DNA of 64,000 nucleotides from Candidatus Bathyarchaeia archaeon (GCA_038870975.1 JAVZJD010000001.1:896001-960000); one strand, 5' to 3'; positions 1-11,207 are shown, counted from the first letter of the stretch. Notes: a model not told the origin generated them from the letters alone. Numbers and translations are program-made.

Positions 1-279
1 TTAAGTGTTCTTCCATAAGGGTTTATTATAGAGTTTAAGGAGCTTTCAGATGGAAAGTAAGGGTTATTAGGCTTTTGGTCTTCTTCTAAGACCAAGACTA
101 GAGTTGACAATGTGCGTATTATTAACGATATTCTTTTCTTAATTATGTCTATCTTATGGTCATTCTTCTGAATGGCCATGAGATATGAAAGACAGCATTC
201 ATGCAAATAGTATACGCAATAATATTACTAGGAGTTTTTCAGATAAGTTCAAAGTGAAAATTAGAATGCAGATCTATTT

Positions 280-2925
280 ATGTTAGATGGAGTATCTGCC
301 ATTTCATACATATGTTTGCTCTATTTCATTTCCTTCTTTCCAGGCTATATGATACTATTTTGGATTAGATCTAAAGTTCTTATTAATCTTCCATTTTTTG
401 TTAGATTACCCTTAACTCTTGCCCTAGGCTTAATGACCCTTACAACTCTACTTTTCATCGTTGGTTTTATCATAATAGATGGAAACCTACCTATTTTAAT
501 TTCTTTATTTTTCATTACGCTCTTTATTTGTCATAATTTAAGACATGGATTAAAAAATAAAGTCGCGATAAATTTTAAGTCTTTCGACAATATTTTACCA
601 GCGATTTTATTTATGATATCTCTATTTCACTTCAGCACAGCAATCTCTATTTTTAGATGGCCTCCACCGGGGGATATATTCTGGCATGGAATGTATGTAA
701 GCATTCTTCACTATAATCGGAAAATTACCTTTAACATAGCGCCATATGATCCCTCCCTCCATTCAGCACCACCTATATCAGGTTTTACAGGCTTACATGT
801 TCTGTCAGCTGACTTTTCATTGTGGACAGGAGTTTTTCCAGCCGAGGCTGTATTTATTGTCGGAGGAGCAGTCGTTATTCTCATTCCTATGTTGCTTTAC
901 GTTTCAACTAATTTGCTTACAAAATCAAGATTTCTTTCATTATTCGCTTTTCTTTCAGTTTTCCTTACTAGTTCAGACTTAGAAGAATGGATTGTTGGAT
1001 ATTTTTATAATGGACCATATCCTAACTTATTTGGTTTCTTGGCAGTTTTACTCTTTTTAATTAACCTGGTAATTATTAGTGAAAATCAAACCGATCATCC
1101 TTACACTATGCATAAAAGAACGTCATTATTACTAATAATTTTAGCCATTTTCATAATATATCCGCCATTTACAGCAATTCCTATATCATACTTACTGGTT
1201 TCAACATTTCCTAGACTAAGGACATTTAAGAGAACTGTTGTAACATTTCGAGAAAAAGATCGATTGATCATTATATTATCGTTAATGCTTGCTTTATCTT
1301 CAATACTAGTAGTCTTAGCATTTTTCTATCAAAATCTTTTTTCTCAAATACTTCATGCGATACTCTATCGAGTTAGACAAATTTATGGAAAAGAAGGCTC
1401 TTTTAAAATACGAACCTCAATATTTTATGACTCAATAATTGGAATCGCAGTTATATTAGCTGGTGTTGCATCCATTTTCTTTATTTTTAAACGAATATAC
1501 ATCAACCTATCAATTTTTTACATGGTGATGTTTTTGTCAATAATGTTCTCTCTTCATCCCACCTTTTATCCATTTTTCTTGCTTATTCTTCCAAAAAGAC
1601 TCCTTATGATGTGCTCTTTGATTTCTTGGATAGTTCTAGCCACCATAATAAATCACTTATCTTCTAACCTGTTTGTTAATTTGAGGCTAGAATTCACAAA
1701 CCGAACTTATACATTAAAATTTCACGCAAGTATTTTGGTAGCTATAATAATCACTTTCTTAATTTTCACTCCTAGTTTAGTTTCTAATCTATCTTTCGAA
1801 CAGGCAAATAGATACAGCTGGTTTACAAGACATGGATTTGCCGATGATTATGATGTTCTCTTATGGGTTCACAAAAATGTTAAGATAAACGAAGTAATCC
1901 TTGATGATTTTTCTTTTACTAGCTATTATCTCCACTCTTTTTCCGTAAAGAATACTACATCACTTCTTTGGACACTTTCAGATTACAAACGTGAACGGGC
2001 AATAGACGCTTTAAGTTTCCTCAAGAATCCGACGAATGTTTCTCTTTTCCTCAACTTGATTGATAAGTATAGTATTAGATATGTTCTGGTAACTTCTGAG
2101 CGGGGATATTATATTTGGAGAGATATTGGTGGAGAAAATCGATATGTAAGTAAGCCTTATACACCTGCACAATATAAATCAATTTTTAATAAATATCCCT
2201 TCCTCAAGCTAGTATTTGAAAAAGGAAACGCCGGGGTTTATAAGGTATTGCCATATACACTTGAGGAAAGGAATGCGTTGAAATTTGATGGCACATGTAG
2301 CTATATTCAAGTTGAAGATAGTGTATCTCTTAGATTTACAAAAGAATTTGCGATATCTATTCATATTAAGCCAGAGCAACTACCTGCCGTAGATACCTTC
2401 CTTGTATCGAAAAGAGGAGAATATGAACTCAGCTGGAGGTGGAATAGAAAATTGGCTCTAATATTGAACTATACCATAGTTTTAGAAAGTAACAAAGTTT
2501 TCTCATACGATGATATTGGCAGATGGTGGCACATAATTGTGGTTTACGATGGTACTAAAGCTTACTTATACGTTAATGGTGTACTCGACTCATGTAGTGA
2601 TGTGAATTTAACTATACCGTCTAATAACTCTCCTTTGGATATTGGCTGCCGTAAGGACCTAAAGAACAATCCTTTTGGTTTTATACCTCAGAGTATTATT
2701 AAAGAAGTTATTATCTACAACCACTCTCTTTCACCTAGCGAAGTTGAGCGCCTTGCCAGAGGAAACTTAATAAAAGAGGGTTTAGTACTTTATCTGCCGC
2801 TTAATGAGGGAAGTGGTGCGCTCGCTCTCGACAGAAGCAGTTACGGTAATAACGGTGTGATTTATAGTGCTACGTGGACTAATTATTATGTTGTAATTGT
2901 TAATTCTATTCCATATGACGTTTAG
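280..2925 (+). CDS. Multi-pass membrane protein (GT-C-like glycosyltransferase) with C-terminal LamG/concanavalin-A-like domain
   Basis: Many TM helices, DxxWH luminal motif, 'LKLVFEKGNAGVYKV'; tail with ALKFDG, WWHIIVVYDGT..LYVNG, IYNHSLSPSEV, LPLNEGSG typical of LamG. Confidence 0.65.
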   Translation: MLDGVSAISYICLLYFISFFPGYMILFWIRSKVLINLPFFVRLPLTLALGLMTLTTLLFIVGFIIIDGNLPILISLFFITLFICHNLRHGLKNKVAINFKSFDNILPAILFMISLFHFSTAISIFRWPPPGDIFWHGMYVSILHYNRKITFNIAPYDPSLHSAPPISGFTGLHVLSADFSLWTGVFPAEAVFIVGGAVVILIPMLLYVSTNLLTKSRFLSLFAFLSVFLTSSDLEEWIVGYFYNGPYPNLFGFLAVLLFLINLVIISENQTDHPYTMHKRTSLLLIILAIFIIYPPFTAIPISYLLVSTFPRLRTFKRTVVTFREKDRLIIILSLMLALSSILVVLAFFYQNLFSQILHAILYRVRQIYGKEGSFKIRTSIFYDSIIGIAVILAGVASIFFIFKRIYINLSIFYMVMFLSIMFSLHPTFYPFFLLILPKRLLMMCSLISWIVLATIINHLSSNLFVNLRLEFTNRTYTLKFHASILVAIIITFLIFTPSLVSNLSFEQANRYSWFTRHGFADDYDVLLWVHKNVKINEVILDDFSFTSYYLHSFSVKNTTSLLWTLSDYKRERAIDALSFLKNPTNVSLFLNLIDKYSIRYVLVTSERGYYIWRDIGGENRYVSKPYTPAQYKSIFNKYPFLKLVFEKGNAGVYKVLPYTLEERNALKFDGTCSYIQVEDSVSLRFTKEFAISIHIKPEQLPAVDTFLVSKRGEYELSWRWNRKLALILNYTIVLESNKVFSYDDIGRWWHIIVVYDGTKAYLYVNGVLDSCSDVNLTIPSNNSPLDIGCRKDLKNNPFGFIPQSIIKEVIIYNHSLSPSEVERLARGNLIKEGLVLYLPLNEGSGALALDRSSYGNNGVIYSATWTNYYVVIVNSIPYDV

Positions 2926-3014
2926 ATAACATTCTCCTTGGAGGAAACAAAAGCCTAATAAACTCTTACGGAAGAACACTTAAATAACAGTTTTAGATAA
3001 ATCTGTCTTTTTAG

Positions 3015-4028
3015 TTGAAAAAAGCCGCTATTGTAGGGATGGGCGAAAGCGCTAAACTACATATAGCATCATTGCTAAAAATGCGGGTTAAAATAGTTGG
3101 GGTGGTTGACTTAAATATAGAAAAAGCTAAGGAAAAAGCGAGACAATGGGGTATAACTCGGTGCTATAATTCTTTAGAAGCGCTATTTAATCAAGAAGAT
3201 GTAGACGTTGTTCACATATGTACACCACCTCAATCACATTACCCTCTTATTCTTGAAGCCCTGCAAAGAAATTGTCACGTGATATGCGAAAAACCGATTC
3301 TTTTATCATGTAGAGATATGACGCATGTATTGAAGTTAGCTTCTGAGAAAAACTTAAGAGTATTTCAAGTCGAGAATTTTAAATTTCATCCGTCTATTAG
3401 GAAGGGTAGACAACTTGTTAACACTGCAACAGGTAATGTAAAATACGCATATGTATTTTGGCCTATACCAGTTTACCTGAAAGGGAATATTCCTCAATGG
3501 ATGAAGCAACTTCCTGGTCAACAATTTACTGAAGTAGCTATGCACCCCATATATATCATTATAGATTTCATTGGTAGTGAAATCCAAAAAATCGACGTAA
3601 GCCAACAAAGAAATGCATTAGGTCAACCAGACACTTTAACTATATTGATTAAAACTAATAGTGCTATCGGCATCGTTACAATATCTAAATCTTGTGCAAG
3701 CCCAGGAATGTTAATAGTGCACGGAGAAAAGTTAAGCTTTTCAGCAAATATTGACAATAATAGCCTTATAATATTTGGTCGAACCGACAACTTATATTCT
3801 AAATTCATGGTTAATATTGTAGCATCAACTCAGTTACTTAGCTCTTCGCTATCAAATGCTATTCGATATTTGGCTGGTAGCTTTAAAGAGGGCTATCACT
3901 ATGATTTTATTAGGTCTGTCTACGAAGCTATATTAGGTAAACAGCAAGGTCCAACCAGTCATGAGCATATATATGCCTCAGTTAAAGTGTATGAAGAAGT
4001 TCTAAATCAGCTTTCTTATGTCCATTAA
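3015..4028 (+). CDS. Gfo/Idh/MocA family oxidoreductase
   Basis: AIVGMG Rossmann start, ICTPPQSH, HVICEKP motifs. Confidence 0.9.
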   Translation: MKKAAIVGMGESAKLHIASLLKMRVKIVGVVDLNIEKAKEKARQWGITRCYNSLEALFNQEDVDVVHICTPPQSHYPLILEALQRNCHVICEKPILLSCRDMTHVLKLASEKNLRVFQVENFKFHPSIRKGRQLVNTATGNVKYAYVFWPIPVYLKGNIPQWMKQLPGQQFTEVAMHPIYIIIDFIGSEIQKIDVSQQRNALGQPDTLTILIKTNSAIGIVTISKSCASPGMLIVHGEKLSFSANIDNNSLIIFGRTDNLYSKFMVNIVASTQLLSSSLSNAIRYLAGSFKEGYHYDFIRSVYEAILGKQQGPTSHEHIYASVKVYEEVLNQLSYVH

Positions 4029-4122
4029 TTTTTACATGTATAAAAATAACTTGTTGATAATATCCTAGCTGTGGTAATCTGGGAAGGATAAGATAGGAAG
4101 AACTGCTGAGAAGATAGATTAC

Positions 4123-5493
4123 ATGTATCAAAATAATTGTGCCTCGCGTACCACTTTCAGGACAAGCGTAGATATCGCAGTCCTCGGTGGTGGCTGGGCT
4201 GGGGTTCTTTATGGTTTAGAATGCAAGTTAATATATCCTCACGCTAATATCACGATTTTAGAAAAACATGAGGCTATTGGAGGTCTTCTAAGAAGTACAA
4301 TAATAAATGGTCATGTATTTGACATTGGTGGGAGTCATATTATCTTTTCAAGAAATGAAGCAATTTTAGCTAAAATGCTTAAAATCCTTGGCAATGATAT
4401 TTATGAGTTAAAGAGAAAATCCCTAATAATGTTATCACGTCAATATATTCAATATCCTCTTGAAAATAACCTAAATGTGCTTCCTCTAGAAGAACGAATT
4501 AACGCACTTATATCGTTTCTTGAATCATGGATTACAAGAACAGATGATCATATCCCACAGAATCTCAGCGAATGGATTTATGGTTTTTTTGGTAGATGGT
4601 TTGCTGAAAGGTATCTTGTCCCTTACAATCTAAAAATTTGGAAGAGATCATTGGAGGAAATCGATGTTGACTGGGTTTATACACCAGGCCGACTGCCAAT
4701 TCCCGACTGGAGGGATGTTGTTAAATCAGCCATGGGTCAGCCCACCACAGGCTATGTTGAACAGTCAAAGTTCTACTATCCACGACATGGTGGAATACAA
4801 AAATTATTTGATAATGCGATAAATAAAGCAATCGAATCGGGAGTACAATACATTAGAGGTTGCAAGATCACGAGCATTAAGCGAACAAGGTATGGCTGGC
4901 TCATAAATAATGAAATGCACGCCAAGAAGCTAGTGAGCTCCATACCCCTGAACGAGCTTGTAAGACTTATAGAGTCACCAGAGCATATAATTAAGCTATC
5001 CAATCAACTTGACTACAATAAAGTGCTGATTGTTGGCTTAGCTATTGACAAACCAGCCCCAGAGCAACATTGGGTATATGTACCAATGTCGGACATAGTG
5101 TTTCATAGATACGCCTGGATATCTAACTATAGTCCATTCAATGCTCCACCGAATAGATCGACCTTAATAGCTGAAATCACAATACATCCAAACCAACCAG
5201 TTAACGCTGAAAAGTATGTTGAAGAAACCCTTAATGGACTGGAAAAGACAGAAGTCGTCGAAAGTAAAAAAGTGTTATTTACGCGATACTGGTTACACGA
5301 GTATGGTTATCCAGTTCACACAATAATGTCAAACAAAGCAAGAAATCAGATAATTCGATGGTTGTTGGAACAGGATATAATCTTAATTGGCCGATGGGGA
5401 AATTGGCAATATTGGAACATGGATAAAGTGTACGAAAATGTGTTAACTACTCTAGAAAGAGGCTTCAAAACTAAAAGCAATAATGCGGGGTGA
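4123..5493 (+). CDS. FAD-dependent oxidoreductase (protoporphyrinogen oxidase/UDP-galactopyranose mutase-like)
   Basis: LGGGWAG, GGLLRS, FDIGGSH, PYNLKIW, GRWGNWQYWNMD. Confidence 0.85.
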   Translation: MYQNNCASRTTFRTSVDIAVLGGGWAGVLYGLECKLIYPHANITILEKHEAIGGLLRSTIINGHVFDIGGSHIIFSRNEAILAKMLKILGNDIYELKRKSLIMLSRQYIQYPLENNLNVLPLEERINALISFLESWITRTDDHIPQNLSEWIYGFFGRWFAERYLVPYNLKIWKRSLEEIDVDWVYTPGRLPIPDWRDVVKSAMGQPTTGYVEQSKFYYPRHGGIQKLFDNAINKAIESGVQYIRGCKITSIKRTRYGWLINNEMHAKKLVSSIPLNELVRLIESPEHIIKLSNQLDYNKVLIVGLAIDKPAPEQHWVYVPMSDIVFHRYAWISNYSPFNAPPNRSTLIAEITIHPNQPVNAEKYVEETLNGLEKTEVVESKKVLFTRYWLHEYGYPVHTIMSNKARNQIIRWLLEQDIILIGRWGNWQYWNMDKVYENVLTTLERGFKTKSNNAG

Positions 5494-5770
5494 ATCTTAA
5501 GAGATGAAGGACCAAAGGGTAATAAAACTACATACTGGAGATTGCTAAAAGATAATCCTATAATAAGCCTTTAAGATGATATGGAAAAGTATCAAAATTT
5601 AAGCTTCTCAATGCGTAGACTTGAAACTCTTAAACAGGTTTAGGATAATTATCTTTGAAGCTTATCCCTCAATATGGTAATGTTGGCTTAAACGTTGGAA
5701 AGCTTGAATCGGTGTTTTCCAAGTTAAATTAATCTACGGTTTTATTTGCTAGTCAAGAGAAGAAGTTAGT

Positions 5771-7435
5771 ATGAATAAAAGATCAGATATACTTCACGTA
5801 TTAACAGCCTTAATAATCATATTGATGTACTTCTATGTGCTAGACCTATTCCAGCCACGTTATATAGTTCTCTGTAGAGGAGTTGCTTGGATTGGAGTTT
5901 ACGATATTGGATTAGTAAATATGAACTTATTCAGCGTTTTACTACTTATAATGGCTTCCATTATACTAATTGCATGCCATACAACTGATGGATTTAATGG
6001 CATTTCGCTGATTAAGCTTTCTGTCTTCTCTATATTAACCATAATCGTCATTGATCTACTTCTACTTCTTTACTGGATAGTGTACATGTGCAATCCGGCT
6101 GATTACACACTTACAGCGTATGTTCTTCTTCCATATCTTGACGCAGGACTATTCCACGTATGTTCTCCAGTATACCCAATTCTTCTTCTTGCGACGCTCT
6201 ACAGTTGGCTTTCCATCTTCACCATTAAAATCTTTAAAATACGTGTCAGGCTAAAAATCAGATACTGCAGGCCTTTAAGCGCTTTAACAGCCGTATCTCA
6301 ATTGAGTAGCACATATGTGGAAAGGCTCGGCTTCACAGCAATCATACTGCTCGGCATAATCCTAACACTAATACCATACTTACCAACAATAAACCCGGGA
6401 TTCAAATCCGTATCCGTAGACATCAAATACTACTCTGAGTGGCTTAATAGCATACTTTCATTAGACGGCTGGAGTGCGATTAAATATGTGTTTTATAAAA
6501 ATTGGAATAGATCGGTTTACGTGCTAATGCTGTACTCTATGGTAAAGGCTGGTCTTCCAAGTCAATATGTCTTAAACTTGGAAGGACTATTCATAGCTCC
6601 ATTTTTCGCCTTAACCGTATACTATATGGCTAAACGCATACACGGGGCTTCTCAATATGCTACATTGGCATCTTTATCTGGGCTTCTAGGGTTCAATATG
6701 ACCGCCAACATGTTTGGAGGGTTCTTCATGGCTTGGACTGCTCTATCACTATTCTACCTATGCGTAGGCTTAACACCCAGTCTAATGAGGGAGGACGTGA
6801 AAGCTCTGGCTTTATGCGTAGCAATATCAATTCTCATGCTCTACATACACCCTTGGACTTGGAGTGTATGTATGGCTACTCTATTAACACACCTAGCCAT
6901 ATCGGCTTTAAAATACGTCAAACTGGGTAAATTCGCAGTCAACAGAAGCCTGTTTACGCTTCTCGTGGTAAATGCCATCGTAGACTTCTTAAAGAACATT
7001 TTAACGCCCTGTGGAGGTGGAGTGGTGGCATCAGCTGTAACGCTGACTAGGGCTATAAGCTTCGAAAACATACTGAAGTTATCTTGGAGCTTAAACAGGT
7101 TAACATATACCTATCTAATGGGATTATTGTTTAATCCACTGCACATGGCTCTAGCGTTAGTAGGCGTCTTAAGCCTACTCAAATTGAGAAGTGAACATTC
7201 ACAGCTCACTTTAATATGGTTAGCGGTAGCATCGACGCCATTCATAATAGTAGATACAGCGTTACAGTCACGCCTAATACTGACCATGCCATTCCCAATA
7301 CTCATAGCCGAAGGCCTGTGGGCGTTATCTAAGTTCCTCGGTAAATTCGACTCTAAGCTTCCGAAGCTTTTCCAAGCATTCTTCATAGTCTCAAGCCTGA
7401 CTTACACGGTGAGGGCGCTATGCAATCTTATATAG
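5771..7435 (+). CDS. Multi-pass membrane protein, possibly GT-C fold
   Basis: Long ORF, >10 hydrophobic helices, SVDIKYY and HPWTW motifs. Confidence 0.55.
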   Translation: MNKRSDILHVLTALIIILMYFYVLDLFQPRYIVLCRGVAWIGVYDIGLVNMNLFSVLLLIMASIILIACHTTDGFNGISLIKLSVFSILTIIVIDLLLLLYWIVYMCNPADYTLTAYVLLPYLDAGLFHVCSPVYPILLLATLYSWLSIFTIKIFKIRVRLKIRYCRPLSALTAVSQLSSTYVERLGFTAIILLGIILTLIPYLPTINPGFKSVSVDIKYYSEWLNSILSLDGWSAIKYVFYKNWNRSVYVLMLYSMVKAGLPSQYVLNLEGLFIAPFFALTVYYMAKRIHGASQYATLASLSGLLGFNMTANMFGGFFMAWTALSLFYLCVGLTPSLMREDVKALALCVAISILMLYIHPWTWSVCMATLLTHLAISALKYVKLGKFAVNRSLFTLLVVNAIVDFLKNILTPCGGGVVASAVTLTRAISFENILKLSWSLNRLTYTYLMGLLFNPLHMALALVGVLSLLKLRSEHSQLTLIWLAVASTPFIIVDTALQSRLILTMPFPILIAEGLWALSKFLGKFDSKLPKLFQAFFIVSSLTYTVRALCNLI

Positions 7436-7482
7436 ATATGTTTGTTTAAACTGTTTTATTGCCTCTGTTGGAGGTGGGGGAG

Positions 7483-8323
7483 TTGGCTGGGGAGAAGGTT
7501 TTAGTTGTGGGGTTGGTGTGAAGTCGGCCGTCCGCTTTTTGAGTTGTTGAAGGAGAGCAAGAAGTTTGACGTTTATGGTTTTGATGTAGACGTGGAGAAG
7601 ATAAGGGATGTTGAAAAGCCTATGTCAAATAGCCGCGTCGATATTATGCACATCTGCATTCCATGTTTTAACCAAAACGAATTTGTGAGCACTGTAGTAC
7701 GGTATGTGGAGCAGTTTAAGCCTAAACTTGTAATAGTTAACAGCACGGTTCCACCTGGAACCACAATGAAAATCTACGAGCAGTGCGGCTGCCTTGTTGC
7801 ACACTCCCCCGTTCGAGGAGTTCATAAGAGTTTAGAACATATGAAGTGGGAGTTGAGACGGTGGATAAAATACGTGGGAGGCGTGAACATCGAAGCTACT
7901 GAAGAGGCGAGAAAGCATTTTGAGGAACTGGGTTTAAAAACGAAGGTTTTGAAAACGTGCTTGGAGACTGAGCTCGCCAAACTCTTTGAAACAACTTATA
8001 GGGCTTGGATGATCGTATGCTTCCAGGAAATGCACCGCATATCAAAACATTTCAGTGCTGACTTCGACGAAATCGTAGACTTCTTAGAGGGCACGCATCG
8101 AGTTAGAATGGATAGACCTGTAATGTTTCCAGGCGTTATCGGCGGACACTGTCTGATCCCAAACGTCAAACCGCTTCTAGAACTCTACGACTCACGGCTT
8201 TTAAAGATGATCTTAGAATCTAACGAGAAGAGAAAGGAGGAGCTTAAAGATAAAAGCATTTCAGATGAAGTTGAGAAAATAAGAAAGAGAGTGGAAGCCT
8301 TCTCAAAAAGACTAGGGGTCTGA
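7483..8323 (+). pseudogene. UDP-glucose/GDP-mannose dehydrogenase family protein, frameshifted near 7517
   Basis: SD GGAGGTGG then TTG 7483 reads MAGEKVLVVGL; removing one base at ~7517 restores GLGEVG and joins ORF 7505..8323 (NSTVPPGTT, ELAKLFET, GGHCL). Could be a sequencing error. Confidence 0.75.
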
Positions 8324-8325
8324 CA

Positions 8326-9084
8326 ATGTTAGATGCCGTCATTCTAGCCGCCGGTAGAGGCACTAGGATGAGGCCCTACTCTAACGCGGTTAACAAGGAG
8401 ATGTGTCTCATAGGCTATCACCCTATCATAGAGTACTCGGTCAGAGGCTTAGCCTCAGCAGGCTTAAAAAGAGTATTCGTAGTCTTGGGAGAGCGTAAAA
8501 GCCAGATAATGGAGTACCTTCGAGACGGCTCAGACCTAGGCATACGCATAGCCTACCTATTCCAAGATATGAAGCACGGTGAAGGAACCGCTAAAGCGGT
8601 CGAGGCGGCTGAGGGATGGATAAGTGGAGACTTCATGGTCATCTACGGAGACAGCTTCTTCCACCCTACAGACTTCTTCAAGGAAATAGTCCAGCTACAC
8701 GTGGCTAAAAAGCCTCATGCAACCATGGGCGTATATTTAATGAGCCGATACAGAGAGTTCGGGCTTCTAAAAGTGGAAAGTGGATTGGTTGAAGACAGCC
8801 TAGAAAGGCCATCTGAGGCGGAGGCTGAAGAAGCCAAGATAAACGGCCTATACCCTGTGAACTCTGGACCCATGATATTCAACCCCACCGTCTTCGACTA
8901 CATAAAGAGAACATCCATATCCCCAGCTGGCGAATACTGGATAACCGATACCGTAAAGCTCATGATACGGGATGGGCTTAAAATCCAAGCATACATAATA
9001 CCCCGAACCGTATTCTGGAGAGACATAGGGAGACCTGAAGCGAGAATAGAAGCAGAAAAGTATATGCTTGGAAAACAGCCATAA
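8326..9084 (+). CDS. Sugar-phosphate nucleotidyltransferase (glucose-1-P thymidylyltransferase-like)
   Basis: AVILAAGRGTRMRP, GTAKAV, IYGD, WRDIG. Confidence 0.9.
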   Translation: MLDAVILAAGRGTRMRPYSNAVNKEMCLIGYHPIIEYSVRGLASAGLKRVFVVLGERKSQIMEYLRDGSDLGIRIAYLFQDMKHGEGTAKAVEAAEGWISGDFMVIYGDSFFHPTDFFKEIVQLHVAKKPHATMGVYLMSRYREFGLLKVESGLVEDSLERPSEAEAEEAKINGLYPVNSGPMIFNPTVFDYIKRTSISPAGEYWITDTVKLMIRDGLKIQAYIIPRTVFWRDIGRPEARIEAEKYMLGKQP

Positions 9085-9149
9085 GAGAGTGAACTAAGCT
9101 AGTCGTAATTCTTCTCAGCTTCAAACCTGACATATGCCATTAGGTTTCT

Positions 9150-9338
9150 ATGCAATCTTATATGAGTAAGCCTAGGCGTTTCACGCTAGCCTCAACCTCC
9201 TCAGACGGACGTGTTGAGAAGCGTGAAAACCTAGATGTCGAACAGCTCATAGGCGAAGTATATTTAACCCTACGTAGGCTTATAGAAGAACTCTTAAACA
9301 TAAAAGAGGTGAGAATAGAAGTAGAGAACATTTTATAA
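9150..9338 (+). CDS. Small hypothetical protein
   Basis: Short ORF with coding-like composition; no motif recognised. Confidence 0.35.
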   Translation: MQSYMSKPRRFTLASTSSDGRVEKRENLDVEQLIGEVYLTLRRLIEELLNIKEVRIEVENIL

Positions 9339-9570
9339 CTATCCAACTACTTTCAAACAGAGCTTTTTAAAATATTTTGAATCATAGTAGGCATATCGTC
9401 TTCTTCCTGTCCCCCCATTTAAGAGACAGAAAAACCCGCTTCTTATATTTGGTAGCAGTTCTATATGACCGTATATGCGAAGTACTGTCCATTATTTTTA
9501 CGACACGATAACGTATAGAGACGGAAGCCTATTTATTCCAGTACTATTAGTTTAGTTTTGAAAGAGGTAA

Positions 9571-9703
9571 ATGTCTAGTCAGGAAAAATTGAGATCAATA
9601 CTTGGTAGGTTTTATAGTCTTATTAGAGAAGTTTTAGAGAGGCGTGAAAGCGGTCTCAGGTTTAATATTCCATTCCTTAGCGCTAGCGAGATTTCTGAGC
9701 AGG
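9571..9703 (+). pseudogene. N-terminal fragment of a Cas4-like PD-(D/E)XK nuclease
   Basis: SD GAGGT + ATG; 'LRFNIPFLSASEISEQ' resembles the start of Cas4-like nucleases just before the first Cys; abuts the truncated vapC. Confidence 0.4.
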
Positions 9704-9927
9704 AAGAAACGTCTAGCCGTATTGTAGTCTTCCTCGCTTATTCTGTTGAGGTATTTGGCTCTATCTAGCACTCCTAAAACTTCGCCGATATTCCATGTGC
9801 TGAAGGCGAGTTTCACATCCCCGGTATACGTTTTGACGTATAGTTCTCTGACTTTATCGGTGCCAGCCTCTTCAATATACCTTTTAACTATTGCGCTACT
9901 GTCTAGATATGCTGTCTGCCCGTTCAT
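9698..9927 (-). pseudogene. vapC: VapC/PIN toxin, 3'-truncated
   Basis: YLDSSAIVKRY and WNIGEV PIN motifs; only ~75 codons before running into the antisense of the 9571 fragment. Confidence 0.7.
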
Positions 9928-10168
9928 CCCTCATCGCCCTGATAAGCTCGCTTACAGAACCCTCCCTAGGTTTTACGGGTTTAAACTCCAGCTCGTAGAA
10001 TCCTAAACCTGTCAACTCCTCTAGGGCTTTATCTACGTAATCCATCAACTCCTCGCGAATAACCTCCTCGAGTAGGATGCTTAATTCTACCCCCTCTTCC
10101 AAGGCGCGTCTTTTAAGCCTACGCCAGAGTTCATCATCAACATAGACGCTGCTTTTCTTTCTAGCCAT
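9896..10168 (-). CDS. vapB: Ribbon-helix-helix VapB-type antitoxin
   Basis: KKSSVYVDDELWRRLK..A RHH, C-terminal SELIRAMRDER; overlaps vapC start. Confidence 0.8.
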   Translation of the reverse strand: MARKKSSVYVDDELWRRLKRRALEEGVELSILLEEVIREELMDYVDKALEELTGLGFYELEFKPVKPREGSVSELIRAMRDERADSISRQ

Positions 10169-10514
10169 ATAGAAACCTATAGGTATATACTGATAAACCA
10201 TATTTAAATTTTCCCAGCCTTAACAGGTTGTTGAAGCGAAACCTAAACTTGAAGACGCTTAATCTAAAGTTTAGTATTCCGGTAGTCTGGAGATTCAGCT
10301 TATTTCAACGGTTTCTCCGCTTGGACTAAAGGATCTGCTTGACACGGCTGTTGAAAAGTATAGAATTGAAACTTCTGTAGAAAGGGAGGATTGTATGGAG
10401 CTTCCGTTAGATTGTTTGTTCAAGTTCCCCTAAAATCTTCCTTGGTCTTATAGGTTTGTTTGAATGTTTTATGTTGAAAGCGTCTAAGAGCCGCCTTATG
10501 CTACTTGAATATGT

Positions 10515-10615
10515 ATGGGTGTTTTCAGGGATAGGGATAGGCTTCTACCAGACTTTCCGATCGAGGATTACTGGGATAGCCTCCCGTATAGGGATTTTGA
10601 GCTTAAAAAGCTCGG
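10515..10615 (+). pseudogene. N-terminal fragment resembling Orc1/Cdc6
   Basis: MGVFRDRDRLLPDF...LPYRDFELKKL resembles the Cdc6 start (IFxDRxxLxPDY..LPHRE); no Walker A follows. Confidence 0.35.
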
Positions 10616-10998
10616 TATGGTGAGGATCCTTATGATGAAGGAGACCTCTAAAATCACTTGCCCAGTTAAACGAGGGGGAAAAACCTCGGGAGTAGCATAC
10701 TCCTACGAGCATGGGGTTCAGCAATGCTGTGGATCGCTCAGAATCATGTGAAACGTATACAGATGGTTTCGTTTAAACCCATACGACAAGCTGAACACAT
10801 CACACCATAGAAGTGCCTCCAAACACTCAAACCCACTTAAAACTCCGCTGAAAAATATGGGTCGACGAATTTAAAGCCAAGAGGAGAATATGGAAAACCA
10901 GGGAAATACTACCTTGATAATTTAGAGTAAAATACAGGATAGAGGGGAGGGGATATAACCCCCACAATAAGCTCCATAATCATCCATAAAACTCAGTA

Positions 10999-11085
10999 CT
11001 TTCAATTCTCTCTATGAGATTCGATGAGTACAGTTTACGGTTTAGAGTAAAATTTCACCTACTTTCAATTCTCTCTATGAGGTTC
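10999..11085 (-). CRISPR. Two-repeat, one-spacer mini-array in reverse orientation
   Basis: Exact reverse complement of the repeat at 10999-11022, one-mismatch copy at 11062-11085, 39-bp spacer. Confidence 0.9.
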
Positions 11086-11207
11086 TTCCACTTGGGCTTC
11101 GGTGGAAATCCATACCTTAAATGCAGATTAAGCACCACCGAAGTAGCACCACAAAATTTAAATGCAGAAAACGCTCTAACAACGAAATAGAGCAAGAAAA
11201 ACCCTCG
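11086..11207. promoter_or_regulatory. CRISPR leader/promoter region between the divergent arrays
   Basis: AT-rich, palindromic ATTTAAAT at 11156-11163 after an A-run; 9-bp inverted repeat CTTCGGTGG 11097-11105 / CCACCGAAG 11135-11143. Confidence 0.6.

Noticed and set aside
10515-11110. Replication origin near the cdc6-like fragment
   Set aside because: No convincing ORB repeats, and the gene is only a short fragment.
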